In this document: piece by piece, positions 37,169 through 46,488 of the stretch | Numbering within the stretch: position 1 is the first letter of the stretch | Layout of the letters: each line of letters opens with the position of its first letter | Source: a virus | Lineage: Duplodnaviria > Caudoviricetes | Virus record (IMG/VR): IMGVR_UViG_3300042319_002777 | Location: 1,086 to 65,085 of that record | DNA: 64,000 nt | Reading direction: 5' to 3' (one strand) | Program-made: the position numbers and the translations under genes | The notes under the pieces: model-generated | What the model saw: only the letters and a program-made list of their open reading frames with translations | Database searches by the model: none | Told to the model about the DNA's origin: nothing

Positions 37169-38445
37169 CAGACCAGCTCCCGTTGAATGGAATCTTCGCC
37201 GGGCTCCTCCTGTTCCGATTCAGCCGGGGCCGGATCGGGTTCAGGAGCGGCAGCGGCGGCAGCCTTGGGGGCCGGCTTGGCGACGCGCTGGGGCGCTGCT
37301 GCTGGCTGCTGCTGTGGCGCCTCTTCGGCCGTCTCGGGGGGCTGGGGGGTCAGTTCAGAGATCTGCTCAGCGGACAACACTGGCTCCCCGTCCGCGTGGC
37401 CGCAACCGCGGTTCCAGCGCTCCCGGTTGTCCGCGTTGGCAAGCGACTGCATCAGGGCGGTGTGTTGCTCGGCGGGGATCTCCGCCAATGCCTCAACCCC
37501 AAAGACGTTGCAGGCGTCCGCTTCGAACGCAGCCCGGCCGATCGGGCTCAGCTGCCGCTCCAGTGCGGTCAGGAGCTGCTGCTGCTGCTGCTCGGTCAGG
37601 GTCGCGACAGGGGCGGCAGCGGCGGCGATGGCGGGAGGCGCTGCTGTGGCCTCGGCGGGGAGAAGGAGATGATCGATGTCGGTCTCTTGCCGCTTGCCAC
37701 GGTCGGCGTGCTCGTCCAGGCTGGCCGCCTTGGCGACCTCGACCGAAACGGGCAAATACTTAAATAGCCGTCTGATAACCGTCTTGCGGCACATTTCATC
37801 GAAGGAGGATATCCAGGGTGTGTCGGTCCTTTTGTATTTACGAGCGGTTTGATAGCCCTGACTGCCATCGCGTACTTCCTCAAGCTCAACCCGATCCATC
37901 ACCTCAAACTGCACTCCGCCATCCTTGAGCCTGGCAACGGCATAAGCGTGGGTCAATTCACCCCGCTCACCATTGGCAGGCTGATGCCTGAGATCCTCTT
38001 CCAGGCCGTAGCTGTAGTCAAAACGATCGTTTTGGTAGACGACGCGGGCCGACAGGCTCAGGATCTTGCCCGATCGCCGGGCGAGATCAATCATCCCTTT
38101 GTATCCAATCTGGAACTGGCATTCATCCCCGTAAGGGATCAGGAAGCAGTGACCGAGGGCACCCCCAGGCTCTAGGCCAAGCTGCGCACACGTAAAGATC
38201 GCCCCAAGAAGCGAAGGTGCTGAGCATTTCCCCAGCTTTGGGTTGCGGCGCACCTCGGTGAGGGCGATGCGAAGGAGCCTTTCCGGTGTGACGTGCTGGG
38301 GGAGAGCAAGGGCGATCTCGGGCCCGTGCTTTTTGAGCAGATCATCAATCGTGGAAATCTGGCCGCTTGTAGGAGCTGGCCTACCTGCAGACTGCTGGCG
38401 TTGCATCGGCCCTGAGCCGTTGCGTCTCACCATAGAACTGTTCAT
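37168..38445 (-). CDS. recT: RecT single-strand annealing protein with a C-terminal extension
   Basis: ALPQHVTPERLLRIALTEVRRNPKL, AQLGLEP, QFQIGYKGMIDLARRSG, EMCRKTVIRRLFKYLP. Confidence 0.93.
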   Translation of the reverse strand: MNSSMVRRNGSGPMQRQQSAGRPAPTSGQISTIDDLLKKHGPEIALALPQHVTPERLLRIALTEVRRNPKLGKCSAPSLLGAIFTCAQLGLEPGGALGHCFLIPYGDECQFQIGYKGMIDLARRSGKILSLSARVVYQNDRFDYSYGLEEDLRHQPANGERGELTHAYAVARLKDGGVQFEVMDRVELEEVRDGSQGYQTARKYKRTDTPWISSFDEMCRKTVIRRLFKYLPVSVEVAKAASLDEHADRGKRQETDIDHLLLPAEATAAPPAIAAAAAPVATLTEQQQQQLLTALERQLSPIGRAAFEADACNVFGVEALAEIPAEQHTALMQSLANADNRERWNRGCGHADGEPVLSAEQISELTPQPPETAEEAPQQQPAAAPQRVAKPAPKAAAAAAPEPDPAPAESEQEEPGEDSIQRELV

Positions 38446-38686
38446 GTCGCTTTCGCTGGTTGGAACCCTTGCGGGCTCCGCCACCCTATCCAGACTCGGG
38501 CCAGAATGGGGTAGCGCACGAAACATCTCGCAACATTGCCGGGGGTTATCCTGATATGGGCTGGCACAGCTGAAACGCATCTAACCTGCTGCAGGCTGAC
38601 CACCTCTACCTCATGTGTTTTTTTGCCTAAGCTGCTGCAGATCCGCTGATCCCGTTCAATGCCCCCCCCGCAGTCGTGGTGACCCA

Positions 38687-38899
38687 ATGCGAGTCCTGAT
38701 TGATTCTGAGCAAGAAGCGGCCTTGATTGAGCGGCGGCTTCGCGCCGTTCACCACTGCCTGGGGCCTTTGGTTGAGATCGAGGTTTGTCTGCCCGATGGC
38801 CGGCGCCTGCTTTCGCCCCGCGGCGGACTCTCCCCGGCCGCCCGCTGCGCCTCACTCAACGAGCGAATGGAGGAGAGGCTGAGCGGGTGTGAGGTGTGA
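38687..38899 (+). CDS. Small hypothetical protein divergent from recT
   Basis: ATG 38687 ORF. Confidence 0.5.
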   Translation: MRVLIDSEQEAALIERRLRAVHHCLGPLVEIEVCLPDGRRLLSPRGGLSPAARCASLNERMEERLSGCEV

Positions 38900-39655
38900 T
38901 CAGTCCCTCGGGAGCCGGTAAAGGCGCTCCCTCACATCAGCCGGATCAATCGGCCCGTCACCGTCCAGGGCCCCCAGCATCGCCCCCAGAACTGGAAGTT
39001 CCTGATCCAGATCGCCCCCGGAGTAGACCTCAAAGCCCACGACCACAGACCGCAGGCGCTGCCGGCGCCTCTCCTCGGTCACCCCGTAGGCGGTCAGCGC
39101 CTGCTCCAGGGCGTCGCCGATCGTCACCTTCCGGTCCCTGGCCCAGGCCTGCACGATGCGGCTGAGGTTGGCCGAGAGGCGGCGGGCTTCCATATCGCTG
39201 ATCCCACCCTCTTCCAATGACTCCGGCACCAGGCGGCCAATCCAAACTTGGTAGAGCCCTCCTGCGTCGAGGGGATCGTGACTCCCAGGGTGGCGCAGGC
39301 AGAACGGTTCCGCGGGCAGCCCCAGGGTGCTGGGGATCGGGCCAAAGTCGGGCAGATCGTCCACGGCTTGGCAGCTGATCCCAGCGGCCTGAGCAAGCCT
39401 CAGATTCACCTGGGCTAAGGCGTCGATTGTCTGGGGGCCCGCCTTTTTGAGTTGCCCGGTGCGCAGATACGAAACCTGGCTGGTGCTCAACCATGTCATT
39501 CCCCAGGGGTTCGCCCATTGCGAGAGCTTGACCAGCTGCTCGTGCGTGAGGCCGTTCCGAGCCAACAGCATCCGCACCCCCCGACTAAAAACGGCGATCC
39601 CACCCGCCAGGCGGTCCAGGCCATGTTCGGAGCTTGCGTAATCGGATCGAGCCAT
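38900..39655 (-). CDS. XRE-like HTH protein (candidate repressor)
   Basis: LLARNGLTHEQL...LSTSQVSYLRTG...PQTIDALA. Confidence 0.55.
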   Translation of the reverse strand: MARSDYASSEHGLDRLAGGIAVFSRGVRMLLARNGLTHEQLVKLSQWANPWGMTWLSTSQVSYLRTGQLKKAGPQTIDALAQVNLRLAQAAGISCQAVDDLPDFGPIPSTLGLPAEPFCLRHPGSHDPLDAGGLYQVWIGRLVPESLEEGGISDMEARRLSANLSRIVQAWARDRKVTIGDALEQALTAYGVTEERRRQRLRSVVVGFEVYSGGDLDQELPVLGAMLGALDGDGPIDPADVRERLYRLPRD

Positions 39656-39808
39656 TGCCTGTGCCTGTTCGTTCCTGCATCGTCGGCGAAAGGCTACAGC
39701 AATGGCAGATTTTCGCGCAGATTTACAGCAGAAAACCCCCGTCAACCAGCGAAGCCAACCGGGGGTCTTCTGGGTGGCAAGCCACCGCAGGAATTCTACA
39801 GGGCAGCG

Positions 39809-39838
39809 AAAAAAAGGGGAGGCACTGGGGCCTCCCTT
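39809..39838 (-). terminator. Intrinsic terminator after the abrB-like gene
   Basis: Minus strand GGGAGGC...GCCTCCC followed by a T run. Confidence 0.75.
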
Positions 39839-39867
39839 GCTTCTGTCTGAACAGGGTTTGCCGGGGC

Positions 39868-40278
39868 TTAGTCGTCGCTATCGCCTGCGCCGATGGGCAC
39901 CAGGCGGACCTGCTTGCGGCCCAGTTTGATCTCGAACTCGTCGCCGGGTTCCAGGCCGAGCATGGCGGTGTAGGCCTTGCCGACCATCAGGTTCCCGTTG
40001 AACTGCACCTTGGTGGTGAAACTCAGCTTGCGGCCGGGCTTGCCGGGACCCGAGGAGTCGCCGCCAAAGCCCACGCCCTTGGCTTCCAGCAGGGCCTCAT
40101 AGAAGGCGGTGAAATTGAGGCGCTCGGTGCCGTCCTTCTTGATGCTGACGTAGCCGGTGGAGCGGACCAGATCGCTCTTTGAAGCATCGCCCAGCTCCTT
40201 GACCTTGGCGAGGAGGTCAGCGCCGACCAGGGGGGCAGACGCTGCGGTTGCAGCGGGGGCGGAAGGGGTTGCGGTCAT
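39868..40278 (-). CDS. AbrB-like transcriptional regulator (picocyanobacterial type)
   Basis: LLAKVKELGDASKSDLVR..GYVS.KKDG.ERLNFTAFYEALLEAKG...GRKLSF..KVQFNGNLMVGKAYT. Confidence 0.9.
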   Translation of the reverse strand: MTATPSAPAATAASAPLVGADLLAKVKELGDASKSDLVRSTGYVSIKKDGTERLNFTAFYEALLEAKGVGFGGDSSGPGKPGRKLSFTTKVQFNGNLMVGKAYTAMLGLEPGDEFEIKLGRKQVRLVPIGAGDSDD

Positions 40279-40552
40279 TGCAGAATCAGATTGCCTAAGC
40301 AATACTAATCTTACTCTGCACCAAAGCAACAGGCAATCACCCTGGCTGCTCGTGATCTTCGGCGGGCTCCTCCTCTGCCGCCAGGGCTTCCACCCGCTCC
40401 AGCTCCTCCAACAGGGGCACCAAGGGCTCCACAAGGGGCCACAAATCGAGATCAATCTCCACGGCAAAATCCGCAAGGAAGCCACATACTGCCCGAGCGG
40501 ATGATGGTGGCGCTGATTGGCGCGGCGGATCAGCGGCGGAAGGGATCAGCGT

Positions 40553-41368
40553 TCACCAATCCCCCAGGCGGCAGCAGCGCACCACGGCGGCACGGCGCCC
40601 TAGGCCGGTGAGTTCCTGGGCTGAGGCGATGGCGTGGGCTCGGCTGGTGGCCACGAGATCGAGGGTCACCGGGCCGGCAGGGGTGGGCAGGGTGACGCGG
40701 TAGGGGAGGGGTTCAGGCATCAACCCGCCAGGCTTGTGCGGCGCCTTGATCGGTCAGGCGGCTGGGGTGGAGGTCCGTGGTTTCAATCGGGCCTGGCTGG
40801 CTGAATCCCCGCTGGGCTTCATCAGTGGCGGCGCGGTGGTGGGCACGCTTCAGAGTTGCGGGATCCTCGTGCCAGTAGACGCAGGAGCCGCGGCGGAAGA
40901 AGAAGTAGGCCATGGGCGGGATGCAGTGGGGATGGGTTACCGGGCAAGCCCCGGCGGGGCGTGGGGGTCAGTCCTTGGCGCTTGGGAGCACTGGTCGCCA
41001 GATATGGAGCTTGATTGGCGGGCGGCCCACCCATGGAGCGGTCATCCATGCAGGCCGTGGGCGCTGGTCAAAATCCGCAGCAGTCGCCGGGGTCTTGATG
41101 TATTTGGTCGTGGTCACGGAAGGGGTTTCGCTGGTTGACGGTGGCCGGATTGGGTGCGGCTCCGGCGGGCCGCGCTAGATCAGGCCAGCAGCCGCCGCAC
41201 CCGCCAGCGCTTGCAGCCCAGCTGGTCGGCGATGCGTTGCTGGCTGAGCCCAGAGCGGTGCCAGCGGCGGGCCCGCTCGCGATCGGTTTCAAGGAACCAG
41301 GCGATCACCGCCAGGATGATCAACAAGGGCACGGCGGCCCAGAACAGGATGCAGGAGATGGAGGCCAT
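40553..41368 (-). CDS. Four small early ORFs (40553-40720, 40713-40913, 40968-41117, 41180-41368 TM plus HTH)
   Basis: Translated by eye; partly separated by the hairpin cassette repeat. Confidence 0.55.
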
Positions 41369-41637
41369 GGTTCGGATTGCAATGGGGCGGGGTGCTCCGG
41401 GGCCTCTCAGGGCCTCGCCGGAGCGGTTGCTGCGTGGCTGGCTCGAAAGGCCATCACCACCCCAGAACAATAGGGGCAGAATTGGGTAACTGGCAACAGG
41501 TGCGGCCTCGCTTCCCTGAGATCGCCCTTCCTGCCCTGATTCTCGGGTATTGCGGTTTGTTAAGCAAGTAATCCAGGGCCATGTCGTAGCCCATTCAGGT
41601 CTGGACAGGCATAATTGGGGGGACCAGCACCGATCCC

Positions 41638-41967
41638 ATGACCAAAGCCACTCCCTTTGCTGAAGACCTGGACGACGACCAAGAGGACGAGGGCCCGTCT
41701 GAGGCCGTAGCCGAGGTTCTAGACCTGGCTGCTGAGCGGCTTGACCTTGCCGGTTTCATTGAGCTGGCCCTGTTCTCGGTCCACACCGTCACCGTCGAGC
41801 TGAGCGAACAACTGGAGGAGGGAGACGAAATCGGCGCCCCAGTGATGGCCGCCTCCGTGGCCACTCTGGAGCGCCTGCAGATCGCCTCCGAAATTCTGGC
41901 CGGCGTTGACTTTGGGGATGGCCCCGAGGAATTCGAAAGTGGCGCCGTGCTGGCGCTGGCCGCCTGA
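41638..41967 (+). CDS. Very acidic 109-aa protein ending ALAA
   Basis: 27 D/E vs 3 K/R; stand-alone transcription unit. Confidence 0.75.
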   Translation: MTKATPFAEDLDDDQEDEGPSEAVAEVLDLAAERLDLAGFIELALFSVHTVTVELSEQLEEGDEIGAPVMAASVATLERLQIASEILAGVDFGDGPEEFESGAVLALAA

Positions 41968-41997
41968 TCACCTGTCTGAACGGCAGCTACGCCGCAG

Positions 41998-42019
41998 GGG
42001 CCCCACTGGGGCCCTTTTT
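41998..42019 (+). terminator. Intrinsic terminator
   Basis: GGGCCCC-act-GGGGCCC-TTTTT. Confidence 0.75.
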
Positions 42020-42035
42020 GCTGTCAGATTGGCGC

Positions 42036-43004
42036 CTATAGGTGCGGCGGAGCTGCAACGGCCCGAGCCCGCTCCAGCTCCAACACCCGAGCCAGGGGGA
42101 TCATGGCCACCTGAGGCACCACGGCATTGCCCAGCGCCTTTAGCCTGTCCACCCGACCGGATAGCCCATCATCTCCTCGACAAAGGACGGGTTCAGATAG
42201 GTAGCTGCGCCAGTCGGGAGACAGTCGGGCAATCGCTGCGGGCCATGCCGCTCCGCTGCCTCCCAGTTCGTCCGGCCTTTCCAGTCGCTGGCGCATGGGG
42301 TCAGGAGTTGAACTGCCACCGTCAGAGGTATTTGCAAGTCCTGCCCAGTCGCTGCATGTTCCAGTTGCCGCCGCCGCCAATTCTCCACGTTGCCGCTCTG
42401 CTTCGCCTCTCCTGCGTTTGGCGTCGGCAGCATCCGCCCGACCACCGTCTCTAGATTCGGAAACCGATCGCCCTCGATGTTGCCCCTGCTGTTGACCGGC
42501 GCTGCCATGGCTGAGCATGTCCTGGGAGTAGGCAACGCACCACCACCTGTCCCGCTGATGGCAGGCACCCACAGCCGCTGCCGGTATGCACGCCCATTCC
42601 GCGTCATACCCTGCCTCGGCCAGCGCTCCGAGAACGTCGTCCATTCCTCGGTAAGTGATCGCTGCGACGTTCTCCAGGACGATGTAGCGCGGTCCCACCA
42701 GGCGAACGATTCTGAGCAGTTCGTAGAACAGGCCCGATCGGCTGCCAGCCAGGCCGGCACCCTTTCCTGCTTGGCTGATGTCCTGGCATGGGAATCCACC
42801 GCAAACAATGTCGGCTGAATTGGGGGGGGGTTGGAAGGTGCAGATGTCATCGTGAATGGGAACGGTGGGCCAGTGTTTGGAAAGGATGCGCTGGCAGAAC
42901 GGCTCACGCTCCACAAACGCCACGGTTTCAATGCCGCCCAGCCAGCGAGCGGCGAGGCTAAGGCCGCCGATGCCTGAAAACGTGTCAATCATGCGGAGGG
43001 TCAT
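42036..43004 (-). CDS. C5 cytosine methyltransferase, alpha chain (motifs I-VIII and X)
   Basis: FSGIGG, GGFPCQDIS, ENV, HQRDRWW, RLKALGNAVVP. Confidence 0.92.
   Translation of the reverse strand: MTLRMIDTFSGIGGLSLAARWLGGIETVAFVEREPFCQRILSKHWPTVPIHDDICTFQPPPNSADIVCGGFPCQDISQAGKGAGLAGSRSGLFYELLRIVRLVGPRYIVLENVAAITYRGMDDVLGALAEAGYDAEWACIPAAAVGACHQRDRWWCVAYSQDMLSHGSAGQQQGQHRGRSVSESRDGGRADAADAKRRRGEAERQRGELAAAATGTCSDWAGLANTSDGGSSTPDPMRQRLERPDELGGSGAAWPAAIARLSPDWRSYLSEPVLCRGDDGLSGRVDRLKALGNAVVPQVAMIPLARVLELERARAVAAPPHL
42140..42988 (-). CDS. Nested alternative-frame beta chain of the methyltransferase (TRD/motif IX); start uncertain
   Basis: LPTP repeats and LNPSFVEEMMGYPVGWT. Confidence 0.65.
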   Translation of the reverse strand: MTRFQASAALASPLAGWAALKPWRLWSVSRSASASFPNTGPPFPFTMTSAPSNPPPIQPTLFAVDSHARTSAKQERVPAWLAADRACSTNCSESFAWWDRATSSWRTSQRSLTEEWTTFSERWPRQGMTRNGRAYRQRLWVPAISGTGGGALPTPRTCSAMAAPVNSRGNIEGDRFPNLETVVGRMLPTPNAGEAKQSGNVENWRRRQLEHAATGQDLQIPLTVAVQLLTPCASDWKGRTNWEAAERHGPQRLPDCLPTGAATYLNPSFVEEMMGYPVGWTG

Positions 43005-43586
43005 TCACCCTCCCCCCAACGGAATCACCGTGATCAGCGCCCCCGGCCGTTCGTCGCCGACGCACCAGCGCTTGTCACAACTTCCGCCGACGATTCTGGC
43101 GTCATCTTCATAGGCCAAGCGGCTCAGTGCGTCTTCGGTAGATCGCTGGAGTTTGCTGTAGTCCGGCTTGACGCAGTGGAACAGCGGGGCTTCGCGGCTG
43201 GTGGCACTGACCAGGGATGGATTTAAGGGCTTCAGGGTGCCGTCCCTGCGGTAGTGGTTCGCGGGTCGTTGAAACAGGAACACCGCCGACATGCGCACCG
43301 GCCCCTGCATCAGGGGCACCTTCGCCGCAATGGCTTCAAGAGCCACCAGCTCACGCCAGGGCTTCACGTTGCGACAGGACTCCCGCATCCCCCCGTTCGG
43401 TAGCCAGTCCTTCGAGCCTTGCGGCGCCGGCGCCATCCCTTCCACCCGAAAGGTGACGCTCTGTGGCCCTGTAAGGCCGTCCTGCCCTGCTCCCGCGCCC
43501 TCCCCACCAGAAAGCCCCTGAAAGCCCGCTGTGGCCGATTCTCCCCGGCGCCGGTGGCGATCCCGACAGGCATTGGCGGTGGTCAC
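43005..43586 (-). CDS. rusA: RusA-like Holliday junction resolvase
   Basis: PAPQGSK...KPDYSKLQRSTEDAL...EDDARIV. Confidence 0.75.
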   Translation of the reverse strand: MTTANACRDRHRRRGESATAGFQGLSGGEGAGAGQDGLTGPQSVTFRVEGMAPAPQGSKDWLPNGGMRESCRNVKPWRELVALEAIAAKVPLMQGPVRMSAVFLFQRPANHYRRDGTLKPLNPSLVSATSREAPLFHCVKPDYSKLQRSTEDALSRLAYEDDARIVGGSCDKRWCVGDERPGALITVIPLGGG

Positions 43587-44242
43587 GCTGCGCCTCCCTG
43601 CAGGGAGTAGCGCCGCAGGGTGCGCTCCATGTCCACGGCATCAACCCAGGCGCCGAGGGCCTCGTCCGCCGGCTTGGCCTCCAGTTTCACCGCACCATCG
43701 GCAGCGGCCCACACCACCACCGCCTTGGCTAGCGGGATTCCCGAGTCCGCCATGGCTGCCACCGCGGCGCCCAGCTCCGCCCATGGCGCCAGCGGGTGAA
43801 TCCGATCGTCCGGGCCACTCCAGATCGCCAGCAACCCCAGGCCGCCGTCATCAAACCGCACCGCCAGGTCCACGGTGGTGGCCGCTTCCTGCCTGAGCAC
43901 CGCCACGTGCAGCAGGGAGCCCACCACCTCGATCCGCTGCCAGAAGGCGTGGCCCACCAGGGCCTCCACCGCCGGGCGGGCCGGATTGAAGCTCGTGGAG
44001 GTTGGCGCCCATGCCGTTCCGGCGGCGGCCGGGCCCCACAGGCTCCGGGCGCGGCTGGCTATCGCCGCCCGGCACAACCGGCAGCGCTCTGGGGCTCCAG
44101 GCTGCGAGGGAAAGGCCGCCGCCACGATCCCGCGGGCGGGCATCAGCACCTGCATCCCCCGGTCAGGGTGCCAGTACAGGCCATCGGCAGGCTCGGGCAC
44201 TGCGTCGCCAACAAGCCAGCCATCGCAAGAGGTCACCGTCAT
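43583..44242 (-). CDS. Hypothetical protein (possible degenerate nuclease fold)
   Basis: Coupled ORF. Confidence 0.55.
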   Translation of the reverse strand: MTVTSCDGWLVGDAVPEPADGLYWHPDRGMQVLMPARGIVAAAFPSQPGAPERCRLCRAAIASRARSLWGPAAAGTAWAPTSTSFNPARPAVEALVGHAFWQRIEVVGSLLHVAVLRQEAATTVDLAVRFDDGGLGLLAIWSGPDDRIHPLAPWAELGAAVAAMADSGIPLAKAVVVWAAADGAVKLEAKPADEALGAWVDAVDMERTLRRYSLQGGAA

Positions 44243-44982
44243 GGGGTCACCTCCAGAGCCACAGCAGCCTGGGCCTGCTCAAGCAACTCGGCCGCCTGCT
44301 GAGCATTAAGCAGCGCCCAACCTTGGGACACGGCGCAGACCTCAAGCGGAAACCTGCCCCGCAAGCAGCGCTCAAACCAGGTACGGCCCTGGGCCAGCTC
44401 GGCATCACTGAGGGTCTGGGCCTGCGGCTCGGGATCGAGGCGCCCAAAACAATCCTGGTCCCTTTGCCAGACTGGCGCGAGAACATGGCCACGGGCCTCA
44501 AGAGCATCCAAAGACGCGGCAACTCGATCAAGGTGTTCCGCCAGCCGCTCAGCTGTCCACGGCTCTGGCTGGGCCTCAGGGAGGCGCCGGACCACTTGCC
44601 GTTCCGGCGGCGGCGGCCCTGTGTCGTGGAACCGATCCGGCTCCGCCATCCGCTCGGCCAGGTCAGGCCGTGGCCCCCGCGTCAGGATCGCCTCATCCTG
44701 GTTCACGTCTCGGCCGCGCTCGTGTCGCACGATTCGGCAAACCGGGAACACATACCGCAGAAGCGCGACGTGCAGCGCCAGGTCTCGTGGGGCCTCCAGG
44801 TCCAACAGCCGCTGCCGAACCGCAAAATCCAGGGACTGAGGCGTGAAGCCGATTTTCGCCGCAGGGTGCAGGAGCCTCCAGGAGTTCGCCAAGTCGTCGT
44901 CACTGGGGGTTTTGAGCGTGGACACTGCGGCGCACAGGACTCCAATCGCCGGGGCCCAATCGTGGATGGTGATCGCCATCAC
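44239..44982 (-). CDS. Replication-associated hypothetical protein
   Basis: Directly downstream of the initiator. Confidence 0.55.
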   Translation of the reverse strand: MMAITIHDWAPAIGVLCAAVSTLKTPSDDDLANSWRLLHPAAKIGFTPQSLDFAVRQRLLDLEAPRDLALHVALLRYVFPVCRIVRHERGRDVNQDEAILTRGPRPDLAERMAEPDRFHDTGPPPPERQVVRRLPEAQPEPWTAERLAEHLDRVAASLDALEARGHVLAPVWQRDQDCFGRLDPEPQAQTLSDAELAQGRTWFERCLRGRFPLEVCAVSQGWALLNAQQAAELLEQAQAAVALEVTP

Positions 44983-46226
44983 GCCACCTCCGCCAGAGCC
45001 AGGCACCCGTGGCCTGCTGCCTGCTGCTGAGCCCGCGCCGCCTGCCTCCGCTCCTCCTCCTCGACCAGGGCGATGGCCCCCATCACCCGATCCCGCGTAG
45101 TGGGCTTGCCCCTAAACCCGCTGCCCATAACCGGCGTGCCGGCCTTGGTGCCGTATTGCTGCCAGCGGTTGAAGTTCAGCCCCAGCCACCCAGGGCCCGA
45201 GACCCTCGCCGCGGCGCCCTCCTGCAGCTGCTCCCGCAGGATCTCCGTGCCGCCCTGCTGATGATCCTGGATTTTCTGGGCCTCGGTGAGCATTCCCTCC
45301 CAGGCCCGCTGCGTCCGCTTGGCCTTCGGGTTTCGCGCCGGCCAGAACGCGAGCAGTTCGCGAACCACCGGCAGCAGCGCCGCCGGAACATCCTCGTAGG
45401 CCGGCCTAAACCCAGCCTCGCGCTTCTGAGCCTGCGGCTTGACCGGGACGATCGCCTCAGGGTCTGGCGCCGGCTCCGGCGGTGGTTCGGGGCGGGGTCG
45501 CTGCTGCGGCTGCACGGCTGTTGGGATGCTTGCAGGGGTGGTGCTCAAAACGGCTTCTGGAGGCCAAAAAAGTTCGGCGCCGTTAGTTGCTGCAACGGTT
45601 TTCGGCCGTGGAAGGGTGGTGACCGATCCCGTGGGCTCGGGGGGTGGCTGCGGGGCGACCGGAGGTTGCGGCTCGGGAATTGGGATCAGGAACCCAACCC
45701 GATCACGACACGGGCCAGCAGCGACGGCCTCGGGCCGGCGCTCCCCCCGCGCAGTGGGGGGTAAGGGGGGTTCATAGGTTTTCTTCTTCTTGTTCTTCTT
45801 CTCTTGATCTTCTTTATGGGCACCTCCTGCCCTATCCCCATGCACCTCCTGCCCTATCCCTAGGGCACCTCCTGCCCTATCTAGATAGGGCACCTCCTGC
45901 CCTAGTGCATCTCCTGCCCTATCAACAAGGGCCCATGAAACGTCCCAGATCGTCAGCCGATAGCGGTTCGACGCCTTCCGCCCGCACTCCGCAAACGCAT
46001 GCTCACGAACCAGCCAGCCTTTGCGCTCCATCCCCGCCAGCACGCCGCTAACCGATCGCCTGGACAAACAGGCCTCCTCGGCCAGTAGGGCCATTGATGG
46101 ATGGATGTTTGGGTAGTGGCTCTGGAGGCACCACAGGATCGCCAGCTCTAGCGGTGTGGCCTGCCCTCTCAGCCAGTTGGGCAGGGCCGTGAATGAGGGC
46201 CGCTGGCCGATGTACTCGGTTGTCAT
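44979..46226 (-). CDS. Replication initiator with an N-terminal winged HTH
   Basis: FTALPNW...PSMALLAEEACLSRRSV...L...GWL...SNRYRL; internal iterons. Confidence 0.8.
   Translation of the reverse strand: MTTEYIGQRPSFTALPNWLRGQATPLELAILWCLQSHYPNIHPSMALLAEEACLSRRSVSGVLAGMERKGWLVREHAFAECGRKASNRYRLTIWDVSWALVDRAGDALGQEVPYLDRAGGALGIGQEVHGDRAGGAHKEDQEKKNKKKKTYEPPLPPTARGERRPEAVAAGPCRDRVGFLIPIPEPQPPVAPQPPPEPTGSVTTLPRPKTVAATNGAELFWPPEAVLSTTPASIPTAVQPQQRPRPEPPPEPAPDPEAIVPVKPQAQKREAGFRPAYEDVPAALLPVVRELLAFWPARNPKAKRTQRAWEGMLTEAQKIQDHQQGGTEILREQLQEGAAARVSGPGWLGLNFNRWQQYGTKAGTPVMGSGFRGKPTTRDRVMGAIALVEEEERRQAARAQQQAAGHGCLALAEVA
45820..45922. repeat. Replication-origin iterons (5 x GCAYCTCCTGCCCTA)
   Basis: Copies at 45820, 45842, 45865, 45890 and 45907, next to a T/C-rich tract at 45778-45815, lambda-O style. 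Confidence 0.8.
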
Positions 46227-46488
46227 GTAAACTCGTTGTGTTGAGGTTCAAGTTGGGTAACTGATCACCCTCCCTTCCGCCGGGCAAGCATCGGGGAAGG
46301 TGATCGTGGGAGGCCCGGCCGCAAGGTCGGGTTTTCTGCTGCTGGGCCTCCGGTACGGGCTACCCTACTGCCTCTGGCCCTTGTCTGGATCAGGGTGGCG
46401 CGATGGGGTCGCCCAAGCGGTTGCGGGATGGGTTGCGGCGCTTGGTTGCGGTGCAACCCTAAAATCCTTGTCAGGACCGGGATTATCC

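Noticed and set aside
45820-45922. Short repeats as a mini-CRISPR
   Set aside because: Spacers are only 2-9 bp and the array sits inside the rep gene, which fits iterons
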